From NCBI GenBank assembly GCA_964466035.1, contig CAYXLR010000007.1, forward strand, positions 25,299 to 89,298: a stretch of 64,000 nucleotides of DNA, written 5' to 3'. This DNA is from an uncultured Thermotogae bacterium. GTDB lineage: Bacteria; Bipolaricaulota; Bipolaricaulia; UBA7950; UBA9294. This document shows positions 48,202 through 57,693 of this stretch, piece by piece. The notes under the pieces are model-generated. The model made no database searches. It was not told the DNA's origin and was given only the letters and a program-made list of their open reading frames with translations. How positions within the stretch are numbered: position 1 is the first letter of the stretch; each line of letters begins with the position of its first letter. The translations under genes were made by a program, and so were the position numbers.

Positions 48202-49638
48202 ATGGTCCGTTACGCGTCGGAGACGAAGACGAAGATCGTCTGCACGATCGGCCCCGCGTCGAGCGATCGAGCGACCGTTCGCGCGTTGATCCGTGCCGGG
48301 ATGGACGTGGCGCGGATCAACCTCTCGTACGGAACGCGGGAGGCTCACGAGGAGGCGATCCGCGCCGTCCGCGAGGTCGCGGAGGAGGAAGGCGCCGTCG
48401 TCGCGGTGATGGCCGACCTGCAGGGACCGAAGCTTCGAATCGGCCGGCTGGCCGCCCCGATCGACCTCTCCCCCGGCGGCTGGATCGCATTCACGACGCT
48501 GGAATCCGACGGATCCGATCGCGTCGTCCCCCTCCCGCATCCGGAGCTGATCGCCGGGGCGCACACGGGCGACCGCCTCCTCCTCGACGACGGCATGCTC
48601 GAGGTCGAGGTTCGCGAGGTTCGCCCGGACGTGTTGATCGGGAAGATCCTCGTCGGTGGCGAGCTGTCGTCCTGTAAGGGGGTCGCCGCGCCGGGCGGGA
48701 CGTCGAAGGTCGCCGCCCTGACGGAGAAGGATCGAGAGGACGCGCGATTCGCCGCCGAGGCGGGCGTCGACTTCCTCGCCCTCTCGTTCGTCCGTACCGC
48801 CGAGGACCTCCGCGAGCTTCGAGGGCTGCTCGACGAGCGCGCGCCGGGCCTCGAGATCGGGATCGTCGCCAAGATCGAGAAGCGCGAGGCGCTCGATCAT
48901 CTGTCGGAGATCCTCCGTGCCTCCGACGCGGTGATGGTCGCCCGCGGCGACCTCGGCGTGGAGACGTCGCCGCAGCGGGTTCCGATCCTTCAGAAGGAGA
49001 TCATCCGGCGCTGCAACCGGCTGGGGATCCCTGTGATCACCGCGACGCAGATGCTCCAGTCGATGGTCGAGGCCCCGCGGCCGACCCGCGCCGAGGCGAG
49101 CGACGTGGCGAACGCGATCCTCGACGGGACCGACGCGGTGATGCTCTCGGCCGAGACGGCCGTCGGGCGGCACCCGGTCGAGGCAGTGGCGATGATCCGG
49201 GAGATCTCGGCGATCGCCGAGCGGGAGATGATCCACCGGGAGGAGGACGGGCCCTCCGATCCGATCGAGCACACCCACCCGGTCACCGACGCCATCGGAC
49301 GGGCGACCGTGCGCGTCGCTCGAGAGATCGACGCGTCGCTCATCGTCACGTCGACGCACAGCGGCTACACGGCGCGGCAGGTCGCGCGGGAGCGTCCGAT
49401 GCGCCCGATCGTCGCGTTCACGCCGCGGGAGTCGACGCTCCGCCGGCTCGCCCTCGTCTGGGGGATCACGCCGGTCCTCGTTCCGGCCCACCGATCGACG
49501 GACGAGATGCTGGAGACGGTCGGAAGGCTCCTCGTCGAGCGCGGTGAGGCCCGCCCCGGCGACGCGGTCGTCGTCACCGGCGGGATCCCGGCCGGGAGCG
49601 AGGGGACGACCAACTTCATCAAGGTCCATCGAATCTGA
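48202..49638 (+). CDS. pyk: Pyruvate kinase
   Basis: 478 aa; KIVCTIGPAS, MDVARINLSYG, MVARGDLGVE, canonical PK motifs. Confidence 0.95.
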   Translation: MVRYASETKTKIVCTIGPASSDRATVRALIRAGMDVARINLSYGTREAHEEAIRAVREVAEEEGAVVAVMADLQGPKLRIGRLAAPIDLSPGGWIAFTTLESDGSDRVVPLPHPELIAGAHTGDRLLLDDGMLEVEVREVRPDVLIGKILVGGELSSCKGVAAPGGTSKVAALTEKDREDARFAAEAGVDFLALSFVRTAEDLRELRGLLDERAPGLEIGIVAKIEKREALDHLSEILRASDAVMVARGDLGVETSPQRVPILQKEIIRRCNRLGIPVITATQMLQSMVEAPRPTRAEASDVANAILDGTDAVMLSAETAVGRHPVEAVAMIREISAIAEREMIHREEDGPSDPIEHTHPVTDAIGRATVRVAREIDASLIVTSTHSGYTARQVARERPMRPIVAFTPRESTLRRLALVWGITPVLVPAHRSTDEMLETVGRLLVERGEARPGDAVVVTGGIPAGSEGTTNFIKVHRI

Positions 49639-49863
49639 AAGCGAGGCCCGGCCGCTCCTCGTTCGCCTCGGCCCGAGCGCTTCTTCGGCCGTCACGATCG
49701 AAATGAGTTCTCGTCGGGAGACCGTTCGGCGTGCGGACGGTTCGGCCGCGGCCTTGATCGGATCGGCGGGGCTCTGGTAGGCTGAGCGGAGAGAGGACCC
49801 TCGACTCAAGTTTCGGCGCCGTCTCGCGCCGACGGCGGACACGCATCGTAAGGAGGGATCAGC

Positions 49864-51357
49864 ATGCGCGAAAAAACTGTCCTCGTCTTGTTTCTGTCGG
49901 CCGTGCTTCTGGCGACGGTTTCCGGAGCGGCGCTCGGCCAGTCGGTCTTCCGCGCCGCGATGCAGCCGATCGTCCAGATCGATCCGGCGCTGATCTCGTC
50001 GGACGCCGAGGTCGCGGTGGCGAACGCGGTGTACGACTACCTCGTCGACGTCGACGCAGGCAGCCGCGTCGTCCCACGGCTGGCCCGATCTTGGGAGGTC
50101 AGCGCCGACGGAACGGAGTACACGTTCGTCCTCGCCGAGGGGGTTCGGTTCCACGACGGGAGTGCCCTCGTCCCCGGAGACGTCGTCTGGACGTTCGATC
50201 GGCTCCGCGACCCGGCCAACGGCTTCGCGACGGAATCCGTCTACGCGAACATCGAGCGGATCGACGTCACCGGTCCGAACGAGGTGACGTTCCGCCTGAC
50301 GGAGCCGAACCCGTTCTTCCTCTACGACCTGAGCGACAACCACGCGCTCGTCGTGAAGCGTGGGACGACCGACTTCTCGACGTTCAACGGGACCGGACCG
50401 TTCGTCGTCGAGGAGTACCGGCCCGAGGACCGGATCGTCATGCGGGCGAACCCGGACTACTTCCTCGAGGGGCTGCCGGCGCTCGATCGCCTGGAGTTCA
50501 TCTTCTTCGGCGACCAGGTCGCGGCCGTCGACGCGCTGCGCGGCGGACAGGTCGACATGGCGTGGCGGATGTCCTCGGCGCTCTTCCTGATGCTGCAGAG
50601 CGAGCCGGGGATCGTCGCCGTCGACGTCCCGACGAACGGGTTCGACCTCGTCCGCCTCCGCTCCGACGTGCCGCCCGGAAACGACCCGGCCGTCCTCGAG
50701 GCGATGAAGCGGGCGACCGACCGGGAGGCGATCTTCCAGATCGTCCAGCTCGGCCTCGGCGCCGTCGGGCGGGACAGCCCGATCGGCCCGCTGTACGCCG
50801 ACTACTACGACGAGTCGACGCCGATCCCAACGCGGGATCCGGACGCGGCGCGAGACGTCCTGGCGGACGCTGGCTACCCGGACGGCCTGACGATCGACCT
50901 GTACACCCCGGACACCGGCGGTCGACCGGACCTCGCGGTTGTCCTGAAGGAGCAGTGGGCCGACGCCGGGATCACCGTCAACGTGATCGTCGAGCCGGAG
51001 TCCGTCTACTACGGCGAGAACCACTGGCTGGACAAGGAGCTCGGGATCACCGGTTGGGGGTCGCGCCCGTACCCGCAGTTCTACATGAACACGATGCTGA
51101 CCTGCGACGCAGTCTGGAACGAGTCGCGCTTCTGCGACGCCGAGTTCGACGCGCTCGCCCAGACCGCCGGGACAACCCTCGACGAGGCGGAGCGGGTCGC
51201 CGCCTACGCCGAGATCCAGCGGATCCTGATCGAGCGCGGCCCGGTCGTCGTCCCGTACTTCTTCGCCGCGGTCGCCGCGTACTCCGATCGGTTCGACGGG
51301 CTGGAGCTGAAGGCGTTCCCCGGCCGGACCGACTTCCGGATGGTGTACGAGAAATAG
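49864..51357 (+). CDS. ABC transporter substrate-binding protein, family 5 (peptide/nickel, DppA/OppA-like)
   Basis: 497 aa; signal peptide; LARSWEVSADGTEYTFVLAEGVRFHDG is the SBP_bac_5 signature region. Confidence 0.9.
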   Translation: MREKTVLVLFLSAVLLATVSGAALGQSVFRAAMQPIVQIDPALISSDAEVAVANAVYDYLVDVDAGSRVVPRLARSWEVSADGTEYTFVLAEGVRFHDGSALVPGDVVWTFDRLRDPANGFATESVYANIERIDVTGPNEVTFRLTEPNPFFLYDLSDNHALVVKRGTTDFSTFNGTGPFVVEEYRPEDRIVMRANPDYFLEGLPALDRLEFIFFGDQVAAVDALRGGQVDMAWRMSSALFLMLQSEPGIVAVDVPTNGFDLVRLRSDVPPGNDPAVLEAMKRATDREAIFQIVQLGLGAVGRDSPIGPLYADYYDESTPIPTRDPDAARDVLADAGYPDGLTIDLYTPDTGGRPDLAVVLKEQWADAGITVNVIVEPESVYYGENHWLDKELGITGWGSRPYPQFYMNTMLTCDAVWNESRFCDAEFDALAQTAGTTLDEAERVAAYAEIQRILIERGPVVVPYFFAAVAAYSDRFDGLELKAFPGRTDFRMVYEK

Positions 51358-51420
51358 TGCGTGGAGGGGGGCGATGCACAGGCCTCGCCCCCCTGACTTC
51401 GAACTAAGGACGGCAACTCG

Positions 51421-54387
51421 GTGAAGCCACACCGTCGACCGACCAGTCGGGTTCTGCGTGATCTGTACCGCAAGCCGGCCTCGGCGTTCGGGGCGACCGT
51501 CGTCCTCCTCTTCGTCCTCCTGGCGATCCTCGCCCCGTGGATCGCTCCCTACGGGCCGACCGAGCAGATCTACACGGACGCTCGACAGCCGCCGTCGGCG
51601 ACGCATTGGTTCGGCACCGATCACCTCGGGCGCGACGTCTTCAGCCGGATCGTCCACGGCGCCCGCAGCATCCTCTCGCTGGCCGGCCTCGGGGCCCTCC
51701 TGGCCGTCGGGGCCGGGACCGTCTTCGGGCTACTCTCCGGGTACCTCGGAGGATGGTTCGACGAGCTGTTGATGCGGGTCTTCGACTCCGTCCTCGCGAT
51801 CCCTGCCCTGTTGCTCGCCCTCGTCCTCCTCGGGACCGTCGGGCCATCCCGCGCGTCCGTCCTCGCGGTCATCGCCGTGGTCTACACGCCGATCGTCGCC
51901 CGCGTCGTGCGGAGCGAGACCCTGGCGATCAAGTCGCAGGGGTTCGTCGAGACGGCGCGCCTCCAGGGGGAGCGGCTCCCGCGGATCCTCCTTCGCGAGA
52001 TCCTCCCCTCGGTCCTCCCGGCGCTGTCGGTCGAGGCGGCGCTCCGGTTCTCGTACGGGATCTTCCTTGTCGCGTCGCTCGGCTTCCTCGGCGTCGGGGT
52101 GCAGCCGCCGAGCCCGGACTGGGGGCTGATGGTCAAGGAGGCGAGGACCTACATTCGGCTCGCCCCGTGGTCGCTCTACTTCCCGGTCGGCGCGATCTCC
52201 CTTCTCGTTATCGGAGTCAACCTGACCGCCGACGGCCTGAAGCGGGCGCTGCGTCCGTCGACCGAGGAGCTGTCTCCGCGCGCCCGCCGTCGGATCCTCC
52301 GCGCTCGGAAGACGGCCGGTGGAGCGAACAACGCGGATGGCTCCGAGGGCGCGCTCGCGTCGCTCGACGGCGTGACCGTCTCCTATTACCAGGACGGAGA
52401 GTGGCTCGACGCGGTCCGCGACGTCTCCCTCGAGATCCTCCCCGGCGAGACCCTCGGCCTGGTCGGCGAGTCCGGGTCGGGGAAGTCGACGCTCGCCCTC
52501 GCCGTCGCCCAGTACCTGGCCGCCAACGGGGCCGTCCGCGCCGGGCGGATCCGATTCGGAGGGAGGGACCTGCTCGGCCTCTCGCCCCGGGACTTGCGGG
52601 AGATCCGCGGCGCGCAGATCGGCCTCGTCCCGCAGAACCCGCTCGCCTCGCTCAACCCGTCGATCCGGGTCGGGGAGCAAATCGCCGAGATCGTCCGACG
52701 ACACGCCGGGGCGTCGATCGGCGCGGCGAGGGCCTCCGCGATCGAGCTCCTCCGTCGCGTCCGGATCGCGGATCCGGAGCGGGTCGCCCGTCGGTATCCG
52801 CATCAACTCTCGGGAGGGATGCAGCAGCGCGTCATGATCGCGATGGGCCTGTCGACGTCCCCGCGGCTCCTCCTCTTCGACGAGCCGACGACCGGTCTCG
52901 ACGTGACGACGGAGGCGGCGATCCTCGATCTCGTCTTCGATCTCCTCGGATCGGGGGACCGGGGGAGCCTCTACATCACCCACGACCTCGGCGTCGTCTC
53001 GCGCGTCGCCACCCGGGTGGCCGTCCTCTACGCCGGAGAGCTCGTCGAGACCGGCCCGACCGACGGGCTCCTTCGCGCTCCGCGACACCCGTACACGCGC
53101 GGCCTGCTGGCCAGCCTGCCGAAGCTGGAGAGGAGAGGGACGGCGCTTACGTCGATGAGCGGCTCGATCCCCGCCCTCGACGCGATCCCGACCGGCTGCG
53201 TCTTCCGGCCCCGCTGTCCGTGGGCCGCCGAGGTCTGCGAGGAGAGGCCGCCGATCGAGGCGATCGAGGGGGATCGCACGATCCGATGCCATCGATGGAC
53301 CGAGATCGGGGCGCCGCAGGAAGCGCAGCGAACCGTGGACACCGCGGCCGAGGACCGAGGCCGGAGGGTCGTGGTCCGTGCCGAGGACGTCGAGACGGCC
53401 TTCCCGATCCCGCGGTCGTTGGTCGAGATCCTCCAGAGGAAAGCACGGCTGGCCGTTCGCGCCGTCGACGGCGTCACGCTGTCGATCGATGAGGGGCGGA
53501 CGCTCGGCCTGGTCGGCGAGAGCGGGTGCGGGAAGACGACGCTCGCCCGGACGATCCTCGGCCTCGATGCGCTCCGTGCGGGGTCGATCCGCCTCGATGG
53601 CGAGAATCTCCCGCCGACGCTCCGGGGAAGGAAACGCGGAACGCTCAGACGGATCCAGGCGGTCGCACAGGATCCGGACCAGGCGCTCAACCCGCATGTG
53701 TCCGTCGCCGCCGCGGTGGCGCGCCCGCTGATCACGCTCGCCGGTTTCCGTCGGTCCGAGGCGCGGGCCGAGGCGCTCCGGATGCTCGAGCGGGTCGGGC
53801 TCTCCGCGTCGTACGCGTCGCGCCTTCCGGGGCAGCTCTCCGGCGGGGAGAAGCAGCGGGTCGCGATCGCACGAGCGGTCGCCGCGGGGCCCGATCTCGT
53901 CCTCTTCGACGAGGCGACGTCGTCGCTCGACGTGTCGGTCCAGGCGCGGATCCTCAACCTGCTCGCCGAGCTGCAGTCTGGCGGCGCCGGGGCGTACCTG
54001 TTCATCACCCACGATCTGGCCGTCGTCTCGCACCTCTCCGACGGCATCGGCGTCCTGTATCTCGGAAGGCTGATGGAGATCGGATCGACCGACGAGGTGC
54101 TCGCGCCGCCGTACCACCCGTACACCGAGGCGCTCCTGTCGGCCTTCCCGTCCCTCGGGCGGACGGAAGGACGCGCGCGCGTCCGACTCGAGGGGGAGAT
54201 CCCGAGCCCGATCGACCGCCCGAGCGGCTGTCCGTTCCACACCCGCTGCCCGAGGACGCTGGGGGCGGTCTGCGTCGAACGCGAACCGCCGTGGCGTCTG
54301 ACCGAGACCGGGCACGCGATAACCTGCCACATCCCGCTCGAAGAGCTCCGCCGGATCCAGGCGCCGCTGCTCGGAGGCGATGCGTGA
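51421..54387 (+). CDS. Triple fusion: DppC-type permease + two Dpp/Opp-type ATPase domains (DppD-like and DppF-like) in one 988-aa polypeptide
   Basis: N-terminal ~290 aa polytopic BPD_transp_1 permease ending GLKRALRP; then Walker A GESGSGKST / LSGGMQQR / LLLFDEPT + oligo_HPY C-domain; then second GESGCGKTT / LSGGEKQR / LVLFDEAT + second C-domain; no stop in between. Confidence 0.85.
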   Translation: MKPHRRPTSRVLRDLYRKPASAFGATVVLLFVLLAILAPWIAPYGPTEQIYTDARQPPSATHWFGTDHLGRDVFSRIVHGARSILSLAGLGALLAVGAGTVFGLLSGYLGGWFDELLMRVFDSVLAIPALLLALVLLGTVGPSRASVLAVIAVVYTPIVARVVRSETLAIKSQGFVETARLQGERLPRILLREILPSVLPALSVEAALRFSYGIFLVASLGFLGVGVQPPSPDWGLMVKEARTYIRLAPWSLYFPVGAISLLVIGVNLTADGLKRALRPSTEELSPRARRRILRARKTAGGANNADGSEGALASLDGVTVSYYQDGEWLDAVRDVSLEILPGETLGLVGESGSGKSTLALAVAQYLAANGAVRAGRIRFGGRDLLGLSPRDLREIRGAQIGLVPQNPLASLNPSIRVGEQIAEIVRRHAGASIGAARASAIELLRRVRIADPERVARRYPHQLSGGMQQRVMIAMGLSTSPRLLLFDEPTTGLDVTTEAAILDLVFDLLGSGDRGSLYITHDLGVVSRVATRVAVLYAGELVETGPTDGLLRAPRHPYTRGLLASLPKLERRGTALTSMSGSIPALDAIPTGCVFRPRCPWAAEVCEERPPIEAIEGDRTIRCHRWTEIGAPQEAQRTVDTAAEDRGRRVVVRAEDVETAFPIPRSLVEILQRKARLAVRAVDGVTLSIDEGRTLGLVGESGCGKTTLARTILGLDALRAGSIRLDGENLPPTLRGRKRGTLRRIQAVAQDPDQALNPHVSVAAAVARPLITLAGFRRSEARAEALRMLERVGLSASYASRLPGQLSGGEKQRVAIARAVAAGPDLVLFDEATSSLDVSVQARILNLLAELQSGGAGAYLFITHDLAVVSHLSDGIGVLYLGRLMEIGSTDEVLAPPYHPYTEALLSAFPSLGRTEGRARVRLEGEIPSPIDRPSGCPFHTRCPRTLGAVCVEREPPWRLTETGHAITCHIPLEELRRIQAPLLGGDA

Positions 54388-55331
54388 TGGGACGGATTTT
54401 GCTCCGGCGGCTCGGCTTCCTCTTTCTGACCCTGCTTTTGACCTCGGCGCTGATCTTCTCGGCGACGCAGTTCCTCCCCGGCGACGTCGCGCGGGTGATC
54501 CTCGGCCGCGAGGCCGGCGAAGAGGCGGTCGCCGCGCTGCGCGGGGAGCTCGGCCTCGACCGCCCGGCGATCGTGCAGTACGGGACGTGGCTCGGCCGGT
54601 TCGTTCGCGGAGACTGGGGAAAGTCGTTCGGGACCGGCCTGCCCGTCCGTTCGCTGGTTGTTGAGCGGCTGCGCAACTCGCTGATGCTCGCGGTCGTGGC
54701 GCTCGTTCTTGCTGTGCCGTTCTCGATCCTCCTCGGCGTCTGGGCCGGCTTGCGGGAACACGGGATCGCCGATTCCGCGATCAGTCTCGCGAGCCTCGCC
54801 GTCGTCGGGCTGCCTGAGTTCGTCACCGGCGTCCTGCTGATCGAGCTGCTCGCCCACCGTTGGGACCTGCTGCCGGCGAGCTCGCCGATCGCGCCGGGGA
54901 CCGGCTTCTGGGAGGCGCTGCCGTCGCTGATCCTGCCTGCATTGACCGCGACGCTCGTCCTCCTCGCCTACGTCGCCCGGCTAACGCGGGCCGAGGTCGC
55001 CGAGCAGATGCGCCGTCCGTACGTCCGGACGGCGGTGCTGAAAGGACTGCCCCGGCGGACCGTCGTGTTCAAACACGTCCTGCGGAACGCCCTGTTGCCG
55101 ACGATCACCGTGGTCGCGATCAGCTTCGGCTGGTTGATCGGCGGGATCATCGTGATCGAGAACGTGTTCAACTACCCCGGGCTCGGACGGTTGCTGCTGT
55201 TCGCGATCGACCGGCGCGACGTCCCGCTGATGCAGGCGATCGCGATCGTCGTCGTGATCGGCGTCGTCCTCGCCAACCTGATCGCCGATTTGCTGTACGC
55301 AGCCGTCAACCCGCGGATCCGGTACAGGTAG
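54387..55331 (+). CDS. DppB/OppB-type ABC permease
   Basis: 314 aa from ATG 54387 (GTGATG overlap with upstream stop); MGRILLRRLGFLFLTLLLTSALIF start and NPRIRYR end are typical. Confidence 0.9.
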   Translation: MGRILLRRLGFLFLTLLLTSALIFSATQFLPGDVARVILGREAGEEAVAALRGELGLDRPAIVQYGTWLGRFVRGDWGKSFGTGLPVRSLVVERLRNSLMLAVVALVLAVPFSILLGVWAGLREHGIADSAISLASLAVVGLPEFVTGVLLIELLAHRWDLLPASSPIAPGTGFWEALPSLILPALTATLVLLAYVARLTRAEVAEQMRRPYVRTAVLKGLPRRTVVFKHVLRNALLPTITVVAISFGWLIGGIIVIENVFNYPGLGRLLLFAIDRRDVPLMQAIAIVVVIGVVLANLIADLLYAAVNPRIRYR

Positions 55332-55338
55332 GGGGAGG
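55233..55338 (+). repeat. Gene-end repeat copy 0 (authentic 3' end of dppB-like gene plus ~7 nt after stop)
   Basis: ...GTCGTCCTCGCCAACCTGATCGCCGATTTGCTGTACGCAGCCGTCAACCCGCGGATCCGGTACAGGTAGGGGGAGG. Confidence 0.85.
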
Positions 55339-55485
55339 ACAAGCCGGGCGTCCAGACCTAGCGGAAGCTGGATACGTAGACGGCCAAGGAACGAGCTGCG
55401 AGTGCGCAAGCGAGATCCGTCCTCGTGAGCGACTTCAATGCGTGATTACTTGCTGTGAAGGCAGGTTCTGTAGTACGTATCGTGC

Positions 55486-56550
55486 ATGGTGTTCGAAGAA
55501 CTGAGCGATGATGACCTCTTGACGGCGCTCAACGAGGTAGTCAGTTGCGTCGGAGTGAGAGACGAAGAGCCACTTGCGGATTTTCTGCAGTTTCTCGAGA
55601 GGAGCGATGCACATGGCTGTGCACAGGAGATCTCGGCCCGCCTTGGGTTGCCCGTCCACATCAGTCTGTCCTCTCTTGAAGCGGGTAACGCTGAAGGGTT
55701 CGGAAGCGTCTTGCTGGCGCCCAGAGGACGGCCGCAGCAGAGCATAGCAGCACGAATCGAAATGCCACAACATCCGCCGATGATCGGGACTCAAGGTCTT
55801 CAGGGTTACCCGGTCCGTATTCGAGTTAGCTCGAACTGCTACCAATCCCCGGAGACCTTCGTCGCGGTACTGGCCCACGAGCTCTCTCACCTTCTCCTAG
55901 CCTGCCTGTACCATCCGAAAGGAGACAGCGAGCTATACGTCGATCTTGTTCCCATAGCGCTTGGCTTTCGTGACATCATCCGAAGAGGCCGGAAGGTCAC
56001 ACGTGGAATCATGGACGGAACACTGGGCAGCACACAGACGACAACGTATGGCTATCTCACCGATTCCCAGTTCGAGTATGCCTGTGACCACGTAGAGGCC
56101 ATCTTGCAGGCCCATCGGAAATCGTACGATCACCTTGCGGAGGTACTGGCACAGGTCCAACGCAAGCTTCGCGTTGTTACGCGAAGGTTGACGGCGTTCA
56201 ATCGATACCTCAAGCACCTAGACAGGCACCCAGTCGGGAGGATGAAAGAAGCCGATGCTAGACACATGGTGCGATACCATGACACGGGCTATTGCCGTGA
56301 CTGGAACGCCGATATCATGTCAACCCGAACCGCTGTCCAGGACGCGAGGCTGTCTGCACGCAACCCGAATCGCTACACGCATGAAGAAGCCGACCTGATG
56401 CAGGGGCACATCCAAGCAATCGAGCTTGCATGTCAGAGACTGAACGCGGTTGATTCCAGTATCAGAGAAGATCTAAAGATCCTGAGGCATTACGTCCCTC
56501 TTCTTCGCCGATTGCAGGTCTGGGTATCCATACATCGCGTGCGCGATTGA
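55486..56550 (+). CDS. Orphan 354-aa protein with HExxH zinc-peptidase motif and helical C-terminal domain
   Basis: AVLAHELSHLLLACLYHP; no signal peptide or TM; lower GC than flanks; family not recognised. Confidence 0.55.
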   Translation: MVFEELSDDDLLTALNEVVSCVGVRDEEPLADFLQFLERSDAHGCAQEISARLGLPVHISLSSLEAGNAEGFGSVLLAPRGRPQQSIAARIEMPQHPPMIGTQGLQGYPVRIRVSSNCYQSPETFVAVLAHELSHLLLACLYHPKGDSELYVDLVPIALGFRDIIRRGRKVTRGIMDGTLGSTQTTTYGYLTDSQFEYACDHVEAILQAHRKSYDHLAEVLAQVQRKLRVVTRRLTAFNRYLKHLDRHPVGRMKEADARHMVRYHDTGYCRDWNADIMSTRTAVQDARLSARNPNRYTHEEADLMQGHIQAIELACQRLNAVDSSIREDLKILRHYVPLLRRLQVWVSIHRVRD

Positions 56551-56666
56551 CAGAAGCGAATGCGGTTCGAGATCCTGCGGTCAGAGCTTCTGAACGCGTG
56601 GGCACGTGGGTCTGGCGGAGGCATAAGCGTCGGCAGCAAGGTGCGGAATCCATCTCACGCTTTCCT

Positions 56667-56765
56667 CAAGCGATCGCGATCGTCGTTGTCCTCGCCAACC
56701 TCGTGGCCGATCTCCTGTACGCCGCCGTCAATCCACGGATTCGGTGCAAGGTGTACGAGGGGAGG
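56667..56765 (+). repeat. Gene-end repeat copy 1 (degenerate dppB 3' end; stop codon lost, 12-nt deletion)
   Basis: Encodes QAIAIVVVLANLVADLLYAAVNPRIRCK vs authentic QAIAIVVVIGVVLANLIADLLYAAVNPRIRYR. Confidence 0.8.
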
Positions 56766-56900
56766 CGTCCGCTTGCCCGGGAACCGCCTACGAGCTGAAT
56801 GGCCAGGAGGATTGACGAGTCGCTCGCGAGAATTCGCACCAAGATCAGCCACCGGCGCTGGATGAGGCGTCTATGTCGGTGGTCTGAGGCCAGGTGACAG

Positions 56901-57248
56901 CTACTCAGCCTGTTCATGCAGGACGCTGTGGAGCATGGGCGCGAGAGGAGGAAGGTCGTGCTGAATCGTCTCCCAGAGGATGTCAGCATCGATACCGAAG
57001 TACTCGTGAACGGCAAGATTGCGCAGTCCGCGCATCTTCTCCCAGGCGATCTCCGGATGCCGCTCTGCGATCTCATCAGGAACGAGGCGAGCTGCTTCAC
57101 CGATGACGATCAGGTTGCGGACCACCGCGTCGATGGTCTTCTCGTCTTCGTGGAACTGGGTGTGCGAGAGTCCCTTCGCGTAGCGCTCGATCTTCGCGAT
57201 CCCTCCAAGCATGTCCTCAATCCGGATACGCCAGTCCCTAGCGTGCAT
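56901..57248 (-). CDS. hepT: HepT (DUF86) RNase toxin of a type VII HepT/MntA toxin-antitoxin pair
   Basis: 115 aa; Rx4HxY motif RNLAVHEY; overlaps upstream mntA by 11 nt. Confidence 0.85.
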   Translation of the reverse strand: MHARDWRIRIEDMLGGIAKIERYAKGLSHTQFHEDEKTIDAVVRNLIVIGEAARLVPDEIAERHPEIAWEKMRGLRNLAVHEYFGIDADILWETIQHDLPPLAPMLHSVLHEQAE

Positions 57249-57528
57249 AGACAGCCTCGCTGAGAATCTTGTCTCGCAGCCGCGGATGCAGGGCCTTTCG
57301 GGTCACCAGGTCGACAGGACAGCCGAGAAGCTTCTCAAGGCGCTCCTTGACTTCGAGGAATGCGAAGAAACCCACTGGCTTTGCGAACTCTACGAGGATG
57401 TCTACGTCGCTGTCCGGCCCAGCTTCCTCGTGGACTACCGATCCGAACACGGCAAGAGACTGGACTCCAAGAGCTTGCAGCTCCTTCGTTTGTGTAGCTA
57501 GCAGCTTCAGCACTCCGTCCTGCTTCAT
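57238..57528 (-). CDS. mntA: MntA nucleotidyltransferase antitoxin
   Basis: 96 aa; GS-x(9-10)-DxD: LAVFGSVVHEEAGPDSDVDILVEF. Confidence 0.85.
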   Translation of the reverse strand: MKQDGVLKLLATQTKELQALGVQSLAVFGSVVHEEAGPDSDVDILVEFAKPVGFFAFLEVKERLEKLLGCPVDLVTRKALHPRLRDKILSEAVYAR

Positions 57529-57693
57529 TCAGCTCACCCTTCACCATTCTACCGGGATGTCGAGCTTCCACATAGGTTGGCAAGGCGCCTGGGCCTGGGT
57601 CCAGCATTGACCGCTTTCTGCGGCTGCGGCAGGGGCAAGTCCCGGAATCTCGGAGGCACCGGCTTCTCGAAAGCGTGGCAAGACTCCTGTCGG

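Larger units (their letters stand above)
55339..57693. mobile_element. Two tandem lower-GC cargo modules bracketed by copies of the dppB 3' end (no recombinase gene)
   Basis: Module A 55339..56666 (HExxH protein), module B 56766..57693 (HepT/MntA); direct repeats at 55233, 56667, 57694. Confidence 0.55.
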
